DNA of 24,069 bases from a bacterium (GCA_044868695.1 JBIOWP010000099.1:1-24069), one strand, 5' to 3'. Numbered from the stretch's first letter, positions 1 to 9,097 are shown. Notes: generated by a model from the letters alone, not told the origin. Made by a program: numbers and translations.

Positions 1-106
1 TGGGCCACGGGTATTGTAACACAGCGATCGGCGTCCAATCCCGGCCCGCCGGGGGCACAGAGAAAGGTGAGTGCGCATCGTTCGAGAATGGTGCGTCGGA
101 GTTGAA

Positions 107-1633
107 ATGAGCGCGAACCTCCTTAAAGAGTGGCTTGGCCACCGTACCGGGCGGTTCGCCGCCGTCCTCGCCCTCTACACGTTGTTGTTCCTCCTGTGGG
201 TCGCGTTCGGGGCCGCCTCGCTCCCCCACCGGACGGCGATCGGAGACCTCGCATTTCTGCCCATCGGCCTCACGGCCGCGGTGCTGGCGCTGCGGCTCGG
301 CGGTCACCCCGGGCTGCGGGCGCACGAGCGATCCGCCTGGCGCCTGCTCGGCCTGGGGATGAGTTGCTATGTGGCGGGAGACGTGCTGTGGGCCTACTAC
401 GAAGTCGTCCTCGGCAGCGACCCGTTCCCGTCGCCGGCCGACGCGGGCTACCTGCTTTTCTATCCGCTCGTGATGATCGGCCTTCTGACATTCCCGTACG
501 CGCCGCGGACGAAGCAGTCTCAAGTGAAATTCTGGCTGGACGCGGCGACCATTCTGCTGGGTGGATTCATGCTGATCTGGTACTTCCTGCTCGGCCCGAT
601 CGCGCTGTCGGAGGTCACCGACACGACGACCCTGGTCCTCACGACCGCCTATCCGATCGGAGATTTGGTGCTCGTTTTCGGGGCGGCCGCGATCCTGCTC
701 CGCCAGCCCGACCGGGGCAGCCGGCACGCGCTGGGCATGCTGGCGGCGGGCATCGCGGCATTTCTGGTTGCCGACATCGCGTTCGGCTACCGGGACCTCC
801 AGGGGGTGTATGAGGCCGGCGACTGGCCCGACGCTTTCTGGATGCTGGCGTGGGGCCTCTTCGCGTCCGGTGGACTCTACCAGTCGTGGCGTGCATCCAC
901 CAAACCTCCCGTCGAGCACTGGCCCGCCGACGACATCCAGAATGTCAGCGCCGCCCCCTACCTCGCCGTCGTCCTTGGCTACGGCCTCCTGTTTGTCTCC
1001 GGCGGCTACGCGACGCCCTATCCTCTCGGTGGCCTCCTGTACAGCGCGATCGCGATCACGGCGTTCGTGCTCCTGCGGCAGCTCACCGTCATGGGCGAAA
1101 ACCTCCGGCTGATGGCGGACCTCCGCGAGCTCGCCACGACCGACAGCCTCACCGGCCTGCTGAACCGCAGAGAGTTCTTCGCGCAGGCAGAACGCGAGTT
1201 CGCTCGGTACCAGCGCTACCGGCACCCGCTGGCGGCGATCATGATCGATATCGACACCTTCAAGGTCATCAATGACCAGTACGGCCACCGGGCAGGCGAT
1301 CTTGTCATGCAGACCGTCGCGGGGCAACTCCGGAACGAACTTCGAAAAGTGGACCTGGCCGGCCGCTACGGCGGAGACGAGCTGGCGATCCTGCTGCCGA
1401 TGACCGCACTGCACGACGCCTCGGGCGTGGCGCAGCGCCTCCTCGCCGCGGTCGCGGAGAACCCCGTGGCGTTTGAGGCGCACTTGATCAAGATCTCCAT
1501 CAGCGCAGGGATCACGACGGCGGAAGGCATGCAGTCTCTTGCCGCTCTGTTGCACCGGGCCGACGAGGCGCTGTACGAGGCGAAGCAGGCTGGGCGGAAC
1601 CGGATCAAGCTGGCGATGCCGGGCGTATCCTAG
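107..1633 (+). CDS. Membrane-bound GGDEF-domain protein (putative diguanylate cyclase) with multi-TM N-terminal sensor region
   Basis: About 8-9 hydrophobic segments (including FPSPADAGYL) followed by TDSLTGLLNRR, DIDTFKVINDQYGH, RKVD (RxxD I-site), RYGGDEL and ADEALYEAKQAGRN. ATG at 107 follows GGAG at 98-101; the ORF track's GTG at 71 is an alternative start. Confidence 0.9.
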   Translation: MSANLLKEWLGHRTGRFAAVLALYTLLFLLWVAFGAASLPHRTAIGDLAFLPIGLTAAVLALRLGGHPGLRAHERSAWRLLGLGMSCYVAGDVLWAYYEVVLGSDPFPSPADAGYLLFYPLVMIGLLTFPYAPRTKQSQVKFWLDAATILLGGFMLIWYFLLGPIALSEVTDTTTLVLTTAYPIGDLVLVFGAAAILLRQPDRGSRHALGMLAAGIAAFLVADIAFGYRDLQGVYEAGDWPDAFWMLAWGLFASGGLYQSWRASTKPPVEHWPADDIQNVSAAPYLAVVLGYGLLFVSGGYATPYPLGGLLYSAIAITAFVLLRQLTVMGENLRLMADLRELATTDSLTGLLNRREFFAQAEREFARYQRYRHPLAAIMIDIDTFKVINDQYGHRAGDLVMQTVAGQLRNELRKVDLAGRYGGDELAILLPMTALHDASGVAQRLLAAVAENPVAFEAHLIKISISAGITTAEGMQSLAALLHRADEALYEAKQAGRNRIKLAMPGVS

Positions 1634-1642
1634 GCGAAGGAC

Positions 1643-2617
1643 TCAGATGCGGTGCACCGTCAGCAGGGACATACCCACCGCGCCGACCAGGAGCAGGACG
1701 GCCGCGCCCGCGGCAAGCGCGCTGACTTCCGTCGGCCGCGACTCCCACCCGATGGTCCGGCTCAGCTGGCGGTACACGCGCCGCAGCTCCAGCGCCGAGG
1801 TCGCGTGGTAATATGACCCACCGGTGATCTCCGCAATCTCGCGCAGCGTGTCCTCATCCAGCCGGACCCAGATGCTGCGCCCGCCGAGGTTGAGGAACGT
1901 CCCCTCCGGCGTACCGATCCCCACCGTGTAGACGCGCGCCTCCTGCTCGCGCGCGACGCGCGCCGCATCCTGCGGGAGGACTCCCCGGTTGCTTTGGCCG
2001 TCTGACAGCAGCACAATCGTTCCGGGCGGCACGGGAGGCCGCGGCGGGGGCGAGGGCATGAAGGGCGAGACCGGACGCTCACGGCCCGGCAGGGCCCACA
2101 CGGCTTCGAGGAGTCCGTCTCCGATCGCGGTCGCGAACTCCGTCGAGAGCACGCCGATGGCGTCGACGACCCTGCTCCGGTCGGCGGTGGGCGGAACGAC
2201 CACAATCGCAAAGCTGCTGAACGTCACGAGTCCCACTTTCAGCCCGCGGGGCAGGGTGTGCACGAACTCTATCGCGGCGGCCTTCGCCGCTTCCATCCGG
2301 TTGGGCGGAAGGTCGTCGGCCAGCATGCTGCGGCTGACATCGATGGACAGTACCACCGTGTTCTGGACTGCGGGAACCGGCATCGGCGCGACCGGGCGCG
2401 CGAGTGCGAGGATGATCGCGGCCAATGCGAGAGCCGTCAGGCCAGCGGGAACATGCCGCCGCCATGGAGATGAGACGGAGGCGGCCTGCTGCACCAGCGC
2501 CAGTTGCGTGAACGCCACCGGGCGCCGCGCCGGGCGGCGCAGTGCCCACACGTAGACCGCCCCGAGCAGCGGGAGCACCGCCAGGACCGCCAGCATCACG
2601 GGCCATTGGAACGTCAT
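1643..2617 (-). CDS. VWA-domain membrane protein (BatA-like N-terminus), MoxR-associated
   Basis: N-terminal MTFQWP plus TM helices, ALARP motif, MIDAS motif DVSRS, PNRMEAAK, TAIGDGL, LLSDG and a C-terminal TM helix. ATG at 2617 overlaps the upstream gene's stop (ATGA). Confidence 0.9.
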   Translation of the reverse strand: MTFQWPVMLAVLAVLPLLGAVYVWALRRPARRPVAFTQLALVQQAASVSSPWRRHVPAGLTALALAAIILALARPVAPMPVPAVQNTVVLSIDVSRSMLADDLPPNRMEAAKAAAIEFVHTLPRGLKVGLVTFSSFAIVVVPPTADRSRVVDAIGVLSTEFATAIGDGLLEAVWALPGRERPVSPFMPSPPPRPPVPPGTIVLLSDGQSNRGVLPQDAARVAREQEARVYTVGIGTPEGTFLNLGGRSIWVRLDEDTLREIAEITGGSYYHATSALELRRVYRQLSRTIGWESRPTEVSALAAGAAVLLLVGAVGMSLLTVHRI

Positions 2618-3636
2618 GGGATGCGCCTGAACCACATCATCGAGCACGCGCCGCCGGTCAGAATCAGCAGTCCCGCCGCCGCCGCCAGCACCGAGGTAAT
2701 CTCGGTACGCCGGCGCTCCCATCCCATCGCACGGCCGAGCTGGCGCGACACGCGCCGCAGCTCGTCGCGGTCCGAGATCGTGAAGTACTCTCCGCCGGTC
2801 ATCTGCGCCACGCGCTGCATCAACACCGGATCAAACGGGACCAGGACGAGCTGCCCGTCCACGAGCATCACACTGCCGCTGGTCGTCCCAACACCCACAC
2901 CGAAGATGCGGACGTTGGCCTCCTTGGCCAGCGACGCCGCCGCGGTGGGATCCGCTCCCAGGTTGCTGATGCCGTCCGAGAACATGATGACCGCAGCCGG
3001 CGGCAGCGTCACCGGCGGCGCCCCGGCCGGCGGGGGAGGCGGCGCAGGCATGAACGGCTGCTGCGGAGACAGATTGAGACGGTCTCCGAGGAGCTCCCTG
3101 CGCTCCGGGAGCGCGCGCAGCGCCTCGACGATGGCCGATCCAACCCCCGTCGCCTGAAGAGGTTTCAGCGCCGTGATCGCCTCCCGGAGAATCTGCCGTT
3201 CCGTCGTCGGTGGGACAAGAATCTGGGCGTAGTCGCTGAACGCGATGAGCCCCACCTTCGTCGAGGCCGGCACCGTGTCGAGCACCTGCAGGGCCGCCTG
3301 CTTGGCTGCGTCCAGCCGGTTGGGCTTCACGTCTTCACCGATCATGCTCTTGCTCACGTCGACGGCCAGGATGAGCGCCGCCCGGTTGGTGGGCAGCGGG
3401 ATGGCCGCGATCGGCCTGGCCATGGCGGTCGTCAGCAGCGCCACCGCGGCGACGTAGAACCCGGCGCTCACGTGGCGTCGAAACGCCGGCGGCCTCGTCC
3501 ACAGGTGCCCCAGCAGGTGGGAGTCGGCGAGCGCGGCCTCATATCGAGCCCGGATGCGTTGCGCGCGCACGTACCCCCACAGCAGCAGGGGTGCCGCCAG
3601 GGTGCCCCACAGCATTACCGGCCAGCCAAACTCCAC
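2614..3636 (-). CDS. VWA-domain membrane protein (BatA-like N-terminus), MoxR-associated paralogue
   Basis: MEFGWP plus TM, AMARP, MIDAS DVSKS, PNRLDAAK, FSDG and a C-terminal TM helix; clearly paralogous to the adjacent VWA gene. Confidence 0.9.
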   Translation of the reverse strand: MEFGWPVMLWGTLAAPLLLWGYVRAQRIRARYEAALADSHLLGHLWTRPPAFRRHVSAGFYVAAVALLTTAMARPIAAIPLPTNRAALILAVDVSKSMIGEDVKPNRLDAAKQAALQVLDTVPASTKVGLIAFSDYAQILVPPTTERQILREAITALKPLQATGVGSAIVEALRALPERRELLGDRLNLSPQQPFMPAPPPPPAGAPPVTLPPAAVIMFSDGISNLGADPTAAASLAKEANVRIFGVGVGTTSGSVMLVDGQLVLVPFDPVLMQRVAQMTGGEYFTISDRDELRRVSRQLGRAMGWERRRTEITSVLAAAAGLLILTGGACSMMWFRRIP

Positions 3637-4505
3637 CGACTTCTCCTCCGACGGTACGACACAAAGCGCAGCAGCGGCTGCAGGAGTGGTTCCGCAGTGG
3701 AAAGTTCGAGCACGTCGACCGCCGCTCCCCTCAGGGCCGACGAGACCCGATCGCGCTGGGCGGCCACCAGGTCCCGGTACGCCTGCCGGAAGCGTGCGTC
3801 AGACGTGTCGACCCACAACTGCTGTCCGGTTTCAGGGTCTCGGACGGACAGCCCTCCGACGTCGGGGAGATCCCGCTCGGCAGGATCGGTAATCCACACC
3901 GCGATCACGTCGTGGCGGCGTGCCAGGTCCCGCAGCGGACGCTCCCATCCGGGCGCGGCTTGAAAGTCGGAGAGCACGAACATCAAGCTGCGGCGGCGCA
4001 CGGCCCGGGCCGCCTGGACCAGCCCATCCGCCAGCCCGCCGTCCTGCGGCGCTCCACGCGCCCGCGTGAGCGCGTGCAGGATCCGCAGCACGTGCACCCG
4101 GCCGCCGCGCGGGGGCACGAACACGTGGCGTCCGGGAAACCCGATCACACCCACTTTGTCGCCGTGGCGCGCCACGATGTACGCGGCTACCCCGGCGAAC
4201 TCCGCGGCGGTCTCCTGCTTCAACTGGCGGCGGGTGCCGAACGCCATCGAGAGTGAGAGGTCGACCAGCAGCCAGGCGGTGAGCTCCCGTTCTTCAAGAT
4301 ACTGCCGGACGAACAGCCGGTGCATCCGGGCTGTGACGTTCCAGTCGATGCGCCGGATCTCGTCTCCCGGCTCGTATTCGCGCACTTCCGCCAGGTCGAG
4401 GCTGGGGCCATAGAACACCCCCGTGTAGTCGCCGAAGAGGAACCCGTCGAGCCTCCGCACGACTTTGAACTCCAGCCGCCGCAGGATGCTCTCAGGCGTT
4501 TCCAT
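3615..4505 (-). CDS. DUF58 family protein
   Basis: EVREYEPGDEIRRIDWNVTAR, LLVDLSLSMAFG and FVLSDF; typical position downstream of moxR. Confidence 0.9.
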   Translation of the reverse strand: METPESILRRLEFKVVRRLDGFLFGDYTGVFYGPSLDLAEVREYEPGDEIRRIDWNVTARMHRLFVRQYLEERELTAWLLVDLSLSMAFGTRRQLKQETAAEFAGVAAYIVARHGDKVGVIGFPGRHVFVPPRGGRVHVLRILHALTRARGAPQDGGLADGLVQAARAVRRRSLMFVLSDFQAAPGWERPLRDLARRHDVIAVWITDPAERDLPDVGGLSVRDPETGQQLWVDTSDARFRQAYRDLVAAQRDRVSSALRGAAVDVLELSTAEPLLQPLLRFVSYRRRRSRWSLAGR

Positions 4506-4534
4506 TCCCGATCAGCCCCACCGGCCGGCCGCCG

Positions 4535-5557
4535 TCACGTCTGCGGCGCCCGCGCGGTCTCGTACGGATCACCGATGTGCACCCGCGGGGACGGGATCTG
4601 TTCCAGGACGCGGGCCACGATGTGGTCGCCGGTCAGGTTTTGCGCCAGCGCCTCGTACGACAGCACCAAACGGTGGCGCATGACCTCGGGAGCGATGTCG
4701 CGCACGTCTTCGGGCAGCGCGTACTCGCGCCCGCGGACCAGCGCGAGCGCCTTGGCTCCGATGATCATGTTTAGGGACGCCCGAGGGCTGCTGCCGTACG
4801 AGATGTATGCGGCCAGGTCCCCCAGGCCGAACTCGCCCGGCCGCCGCGTCGCGTTGGCCAGCGTGACCGAATACTCCATGAGCTTGGGATGCACGTAGAC
4901 GGCATCGGCGACCCGCTGCATCTCCAGCAGATCCCCGACCGGAATGACCGGCTGCACCTCGGGGTGTTGGACCGCCATCCGTTCCACGACGCTGACTTCC
5001 TCCAGCACGCTGGGGTACGTGATGACTACCTTGAACATGAACCGGTCGACTTGCGCCTCCGGCAGCGGATACGTCCCTTCGCTTTCAATAGGGTTCTGCG
5101 TGGCCAGGACCAGGAACGGGTTCGGCAGAGGAAACGTCTGCTTGCCGATGGTCACCTGCCGCTCCTGCATCGCCTCCAGCAGCGCGGACTGCACCTTCGC
5201 CGGCGCGCGGTTGATCTCGTCCGCCAGCACCAGGTTCGCGAACACGGGCCCGAGCTCCGTGTCGAAGGCCCCGGTGTGCTGGTTGTAGATGCGGGTGCCG
5301 ACCAGGTCCGCCGGAACAAGGTCCGGCGTGAACTGGATGCGCTTGAACTCGCCGTCGATGACCCGGGCGGTCGTCTTGATGGCCAGCGTCTTGGCCAGTC
5401 CCGGCACGCCCTCGATGAGCACGTGGCCGCGGGCGAGCAGCGCGACCAAGATCCGCTCCAACATCAGGTCCTGGCCGACGATGACTTTCTTGATCTCGAG
5501 CAGGACGTTGCGCATCGTCGCCGAGGCCTGCTGGAATGTCTCCACCGGAAGTCTCAC
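4535..5557 (-). CDS. moxR: MoxR family AAA+ ATPase
   Basis: Walker A GVPGLAKT, RIQFTPDLVPAD, Walker B LADEINRAPAKVQSALLEAMQE, ATQNPIESEGTYPLPEAQVDRF. GTG at 5557 is preceded by AGAGGAGG. Confidence 0.93.
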   Translation of the reverse strand: MRLPVETFQQASATMRNVLLEIKKVIVGQDLMLERILVALLARGHVLIEGVPGLAKTLAIKTTARVIDGEFKRIQFTPDLVPADLVGTRIYNQHTGAFDTELGPVFANLVLADEINRAPAKVQSALLEAMQERQVTIGKQTFPLPNPFLVLATQNPIESEGTYPLPEAQVDRFMFKVVITYPSVLEEVSVVERMAVQHPEVQPVIPVGDLLEMQRVADAVYVHPKLMEYSVTLANATRRPGEFGLGDLAAYISYGSSPRASLNMIIGAKALALVRGREYALPEDVRDIAPEVMRHRLVLSYEALAQNLTGDHIVARVLEQIPSPRVHIGDPYETARAPQT

Positions 5558-5628
5558 GCTGCTGCCTCCTCTACCGCGGTTTGGCTGCATGCTACACCCC
5601 ACGTCTGCGCGCGGTCAAGGCGGGCGGG

Positions 5629-7116
5629 TCACTCGCTCCGCCACCGCCTGCCGTCGCGCGCCAGCAGGTCGTCCGCCTCTTTCGGCCCCACAGCGCCGGC
5701 GTCGTAGTTAGGAAAATCCGCCGGGGGCTCCGCCGCCCACTGCGCGAGCAGCGGGTCGACGATCGCCCACTGGAGCTCCACTTCGTCCCGCCGCGGGAAC
5801 GAGGTCTGGACCCCGTGCAGGACGTCGAGCAGGAGGTGCTCGTAGGCCGGGTGCTCGGCTTCTCCAAAGTCACGGTACGAAAAGTCCAGGGTGACCGATC
5901 GGATCTGGTGCTTGTGTCCGGGCACCCGCGCCGCAAACCTCAGCGCGATCTTCTCGTCCTCGGTGCTCTTGAGCACGAGCACGTTGTGATCCATCCCCGC
6001 CATGTCATAATCGCGGAACAGCCGCAACGGAGGCTGCCGGAACACCACGACGACTTCCGTGTCCTTCCGCGCGAGGCGCTTCCCCGCCCGCAGGTAGAAC
6101 GGCACGTCGGCCCACCGCCAGTTGTCGATCTGCAGCCGCATCGCGGCATAGGTGGGCGTGGTCGATCTCAGGTCCACGCCCTCCTCGTCCCGATAGGCCG
6201 GCACGGGCGCCCCACGCACCACCCCGGTGCCGTATTGGCCCCGGACCGCGTTCTCCCCGCGCACCGGTGGGATGGCCCGCAGCACCTTGGCCTTCTCGTT
6301 GCGAAACCCCTCGGCGTCGAAGACGGCGGGCGGCTCCATGGCGATGATGGCCAGTAGCTGAAACACGTGATTCTGAATGACGTCCCGGACGACACCGACT
6401 TCCTCGTAGAAGCGGCCGCGCCCACCCACCCCGATGTCCTCGACGAAAGAAATTTGCACGTAGTCCACGTAGCGCCGGTTCCAGACCGGTTCGAACACGG
6501 TGTTGGCGAAGCGGAACACCACCATATTCTGCACCGTTTCTTTCCCGAGATAGTGATCGATGCGGTAGACCGATTCCTCGCCGACCACCCGGTCCACGAG
6601 GCCGTTCAGCCGCCGGGCGGAGGATTCGTCGTGGCCGAACGGTTTCTCAATGATGACACGGGTCCAGGGCGCCCGGCTCCCCCTGCGGACCAGTTCGCTG
6701 CGGCCCAGGTTGGTGATGATTACCTCATACGTGGACGGGGGCGCGGCCAGGTAGAACAGACGGTTGCCGCCGATGCGGAACCGCAGCTCCAGGTCCTGGA
6801 GCGCTCTTGCGAGGGTGGTGAAATCGGACTCTTTGGTCGAGTCGGCCGACACATAGAAGAGGCGCTCGGCAAACCGGGCCCAGGAATCCGGGTCGACCGT
6901 ACCGGTGCGGGAGGCGCCCTCTCGGGCAAACGTCCGGAACTGCTCGTCCGTCAATGCGCGCCGCGACATCCCCAGGACCACCAGGGACGGCGTCACGGCC
7001 CCCTCGCTGTGCAGGCGGTAGAGTGCCGGCAGGAGCAGCCGCTGGGAGAGATCGCCCGTGGCGCCGATGATGACCAGCGTCACCGGATCGTTGGCGTGCG
7101 CGGGGGGACGGTTCAT
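5629..7116 (-). CDS. zwf: Glucose-6-phosphate 1-dehydrogenase
   Basis: GATGDLS, IIEKPFG, YRIDHYLGKETVQN, RDVIQNH, RWADVPFYLRAGK. Start set to ATG 7116 (preceded by AAGGA) because the longer ORF-track start would overlap the tRNA. Confidence 0.95.
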   Translation of the reverse strand: MNRPPAHANDPVTLVIIGATGDLSQRLLLPALYRLHSEGAVTPSLVVLGMSRRALTDEQFRTFAREGASRTGTVDPDSWARFAERLFYVSADSTKESDFTTLARALQDLELRFRIGGNRLFYLAAPPSTYEVIITNLGRSELVRRGSRAPWTRVIIEKPFGHDESSARRLNGLVDRVVGEESVYRIDHYLGKETVQNMVVFRFANTVFEPVWNRRYVDYVQISFVEDIGVGGRGRFYEEVGVVRDVIQNHVFQLLAIIAMEPPAVFDAEGFRNEKAKVLRAIPPVRGENAVRGQYGTGVVRGAPVPAYRDEEGVDLRSTTPTYAAMRLQIDNWRWADVPFYLRAGKRLARKDTEVVVVFRQPPLRLFRDYDMAGMDHNVLVLKSTEDEKIALRFAARVPGHKHQIRSVTLDFSYRDFGEAEHPAYEHLLLDVLHGVQTSFPRRDEVELQWAIVDPLLAQWAAEPPADFPNYDAGAVGPKEADDLLARDGRRWRSE

Positions 7117-7160
7117 ACTATGTTCCTTGCCCTCAAATGCTGCGCGCGACCCGCCGCGGT

Positions 7161-7190
7161 TTGACCCACCCTCGGGTGCCGTGCTACCAT
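7161..7190 (+). promoter_or_regulatory. Sigma70-type promoter of tRNA-Pro
   Basis: TTGACC (7161-7166), 18-nt spacer, extended -10 TG-C-TACCAT (7182-7190), 9 nt before the tRNA. Confidence 0.65.
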
Positions 7191-7199
7191 CCTCGTGAC

Positions 7200-7276
7200 C
7201 GGGGCGTGGCGCAGCGTGGTAGCGCGCGTGGTTTGGGACCACGAGGCCGCCGGTTCAAGTCCGGCCGCCCCGACCA
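7200..7276 (+). tRNA. tRNA-Pro (anticodon UGG)
   Basis: Full cloverleaf: acceptor CGGGGCG/CGCCCCG, D stem GCGC/GCGC, anticodon stem CGTGG/CCACG with loop TTTGGGA, T arm GCCGG-TTCAAGT-CCGGC, discriminator A and encoded CCA. Confidence 0.97.
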
Positions 7277-7321
7277 CACCAAGCATCTTCCTCCTATATG
7301 ACGATGGCGTGAAGAGCAGGG

Positions 7322-7912
7322 TCAGGAGCCCGACGGGGGGTCTCCCTGTGGTGCGCTCGGACGCGCGGGCGGGGCCGGCTTCGCCGCCGCCTCGCGCGCG
7401 AGCTCGGTCGTCCTCTTCGGCCGCAGGTCCGCCCGCCCCAAGAAGTCGCTGGCGAGGTACCGTTCGAGCAGGTCGCGCACCTGCTGCGTCCGGGCGGGAT
7501 TGCCGGCGCGGGCCTCGGCGACCCACGTCTTGTCCACCCGGTATGTCTTCAACTGCGTTCCGTCGTGAAAGTGCACCAGCGGATGCTTCATCGAGTCTTC
7601 CAGGACCAGGATCTGCACGCTCAGCCCAAGCGCGCCGGCCACCGCGGTCGCCTGGTCGAGAACCCACTGCCGTTTCGGATCCAGCTGCTGCCCAGGCCCC
7701 ATCCCAAGGGTGCCGGCCACAGTCTTCCCCTTTAGAGGGTTGGGGTCCAGCCCCGGCCCCCTGGGCCCCTGCTCCCCCCGCCGCCGGCGGACATTACCCA
7801 TGATCTGCTCCCACACGTCCAGTCCGGCGACGACAAAGGCTCCCGCGAAGAAGAACAGCACGGCGACGGTCAGGGACCAGTAGCGGAAGAACGCTTTAAG
7901 CTCCGGCGGCAT
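7322..7912 (-). CDS. Hypothetical protein with single N-terminal TM anchor (about 196 aa)
   Basis: ATG 7912 preceded by GGAGAGG; hydrophobic YWSLTVAVLFFFAGAFVVAGL followed by RRRR, a globular-looking middle and an Ala/Pro-rich tail. No family recognised. Confidence 0.7.
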   Translation of the reverse strand: MPPELKAFFRYWSLTVAVLFFFAGAFVVAGLDVWEQIMGNVRRRRGEQGPRGPGLDPNPLKGKTVAGTLGMGPGQQLDPKRQWVLDQATAVAGALGLSVQILVLEDSMKHPLVHFHDGTQLKTYRVDKTWVAEARAGNPARTQQVRDLLERYLASDFLGRADLRPKRTTELAREAAAKPAPPARPSAPQGDPPSGS

Positions 7913-8039
7913 CGGATAACCTCTCCATCTCTGGTAGTTTGGCGCCCACGGACACCCCTCCTCCCGCCGGCCATGGCGGCGAGACCGGCGCCCCTCCCCC
8001 GTCGTCTTGGTCGAACAAGCAGGAAATGACCGGGAGGGG

Positions 8040-8045
8040 TATAAT
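8040..8045 (+). promoter_or_regulatory. Candidate -10 element upstream of ku
   Basis: Perfect TATAAT in a GC-rich intergenic region, 67 nt before the ku ATG; no convincing -35. Confidence 0.35.
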
Positions 8046-8112
8046 ACGCGTACATCCATTCGCCGAAAGCGGCCCGCGCGCCCGGCGTCGAGGGAATCGG
8101 AGGAATCGTCCC

Positions 8113-8955
8113 ATGCGTCCCATCTGGAAAGGTCACCTGACCTTCGGCCTGGTCACGATCCCGGTCAAACTGTACACCGCGACCGAGGGGAAAGACATCC
8201 GTTTCCGCCTTCTCCACCGCTCCTGCATGACACCTATCCAGAACAAACGCTACTGCCCCCATCACGAACAGATCGTGGACTGGAACGACGTGGTCCGAGG
8301 CTACGAATACGCGAAAGACAAGTTCGTTCCGGTCGCCGACGAGGAACTCGACAGCGTGCCGCTGGACACCGCGGGCACGGTCAACGTCACGTCCTTTGTC
8401 GAGCTGAGCGAGATCGACCCTCTCTATTATGAAAAGTCGTACTATCTCGCGCCAGACGAGGGAGGGCAGAAGGCGTACCGTCTCCTGCACGACACGATGG
8501 ACGAGACCACCAAAGTGGCCGTGGGCAAAGTCGTCATCAAAGAGAAGGAACACCTGGTGGCGGTGCGCCCCTTCGATGGGACGCTGGTCATGTCCACACT
8601 GTACTATGCGGACGAAGTCCGGCAGACGAGCGACATCCCCGAACTGCCCGTCCAGGCCAAAGTGCATCCCAATGAAAAGAAGATGGCGATGCAGTTGATC
8701 GAGGGCCTCGTCGCGGCGTTCAATCCCGCCGAATACCACGACGACTACCGGGAGGCGCTGCAGAAGGTCATCGCAGCGAAGGTGGATGGCGAGGCCGTGG
8801 TCGCCGTGCCGTCGCGCAAGCAGGAGAAGGTCGTGGATCTGATGGAAGCCCTGCGCCGCAGCCTGCAGGTCACGCGGAAGGAGAAGTCCCCGGTCTCCCG
8901 CCGGGCCCGCGTGTCGGCCCCGCGCGCGGCGGGCATGCGCGAGCGGCACCGCTAA
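8113..8955 (+). CDS. ku: Ku protein (bacterial non-homologous end joining)
   Basis: MRPIWKGHLTFGLVTIPVKLY, VVRGYEYAKDKFV, IDPLYYEKSYYLAP, AYRLL, YHDDYREAL, VVDLMEALRRSL and a basic tail. GGAGG precedes ATG 8113. Confidence 0.96.
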   Translation: MRPIWKGHLTFGLVTIPVKLYTATEGKDIRFRLLHRSCMTPIQNKRYCPHHEQIVDWNDVVRGYEYAKDKFVPVADEELDSVPLDTAGTVNVTSFVELSEIDPLYYEKSYYLAPDEGGQKAYRLLHDTMDETTKVAVGKVVIKEKEHLVAVRPFDGTLVMSTLYYADEVRQTSDIPELPVQAKVHPNEKKMAMQLIEGLVAAFNPAEYHDDYREALQKVIAAKVDGEAVVAVPSRKQEKVVDLMEALRRSLQVTRKEKSPVSRRARVSAPRAAGMRERHR

Positions 8956-8959
8956 CCGC

Positions 8960-9096
8960 AAACTACCGTTGGAACGTTGGAGCGTTGAAACGTTGAAGCG
9001 GCCAGAAACTACCGTTGGAACGTTAGACCGTTGAAACGTTGAAGCGACTGATCTATGTTGTTTTGACGTTCCAACGTTTCAACGCTTCAACGTAGT
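8960..9096. repeat. Intergenic octamer-periodic repeat element: two 41-bp direct repeats plus an inverted arm
   Basis: AAACTACCGTTGGAACGTTGGAGCGTTGAAACGTTGAAGCG at 8960-9000 recurs at 9006-9046 (39/41 identical). The unit is CGTTGRAR; 9067-9096 is a reverse-complement array of the same unit. Confidence 0.9.
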
Positions 9097-9097
9097 C

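Noticed and set aside
13..21. Extended -10-like TGTTACAAT on the minus strand at the left edge
   Set aside because: The gene it would drive lies outside the window, so it cannot be supported.
5629..7116. zwf without adjacent pgl/gnd/opcA
   Set aside because: Dispersed or duplicate zwf genes are common; nothing can be concluded from one window.
7117..7242. N-terminal extension of zwf in the ORF track
   Set aside because: Overlaps the tRNA and its promoter; ATG 7116 has an SD and gives a normal length.
7200..7276. tRNA-Pro as an integration site for an island carrying the NHEJ genes
   Set aside because: No integrase and no duplicated tRNA 3' end seen in the window.
8037..8042. GGGTAT as a SigB/SigF-type -10 for ku
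   Set aside because: No GTTT -35 element at a suitable spacing.
7870..8961. 363-aa antisense ORF opposite ku, and similar long shadow ORFs (2542-3963, 11838-12836, 14641-15912)
   Set aside because: They fully overlap well-supported genes on the opposite strand and lack recognisable motifs; expected in high-GC DNA.
8960..9046. Two 41-bp direct repeats as a possible mini CRISPR array
   Set aside because: Only 5 nt between copies, internal 8-nt periodicity and no cas genes in the window.
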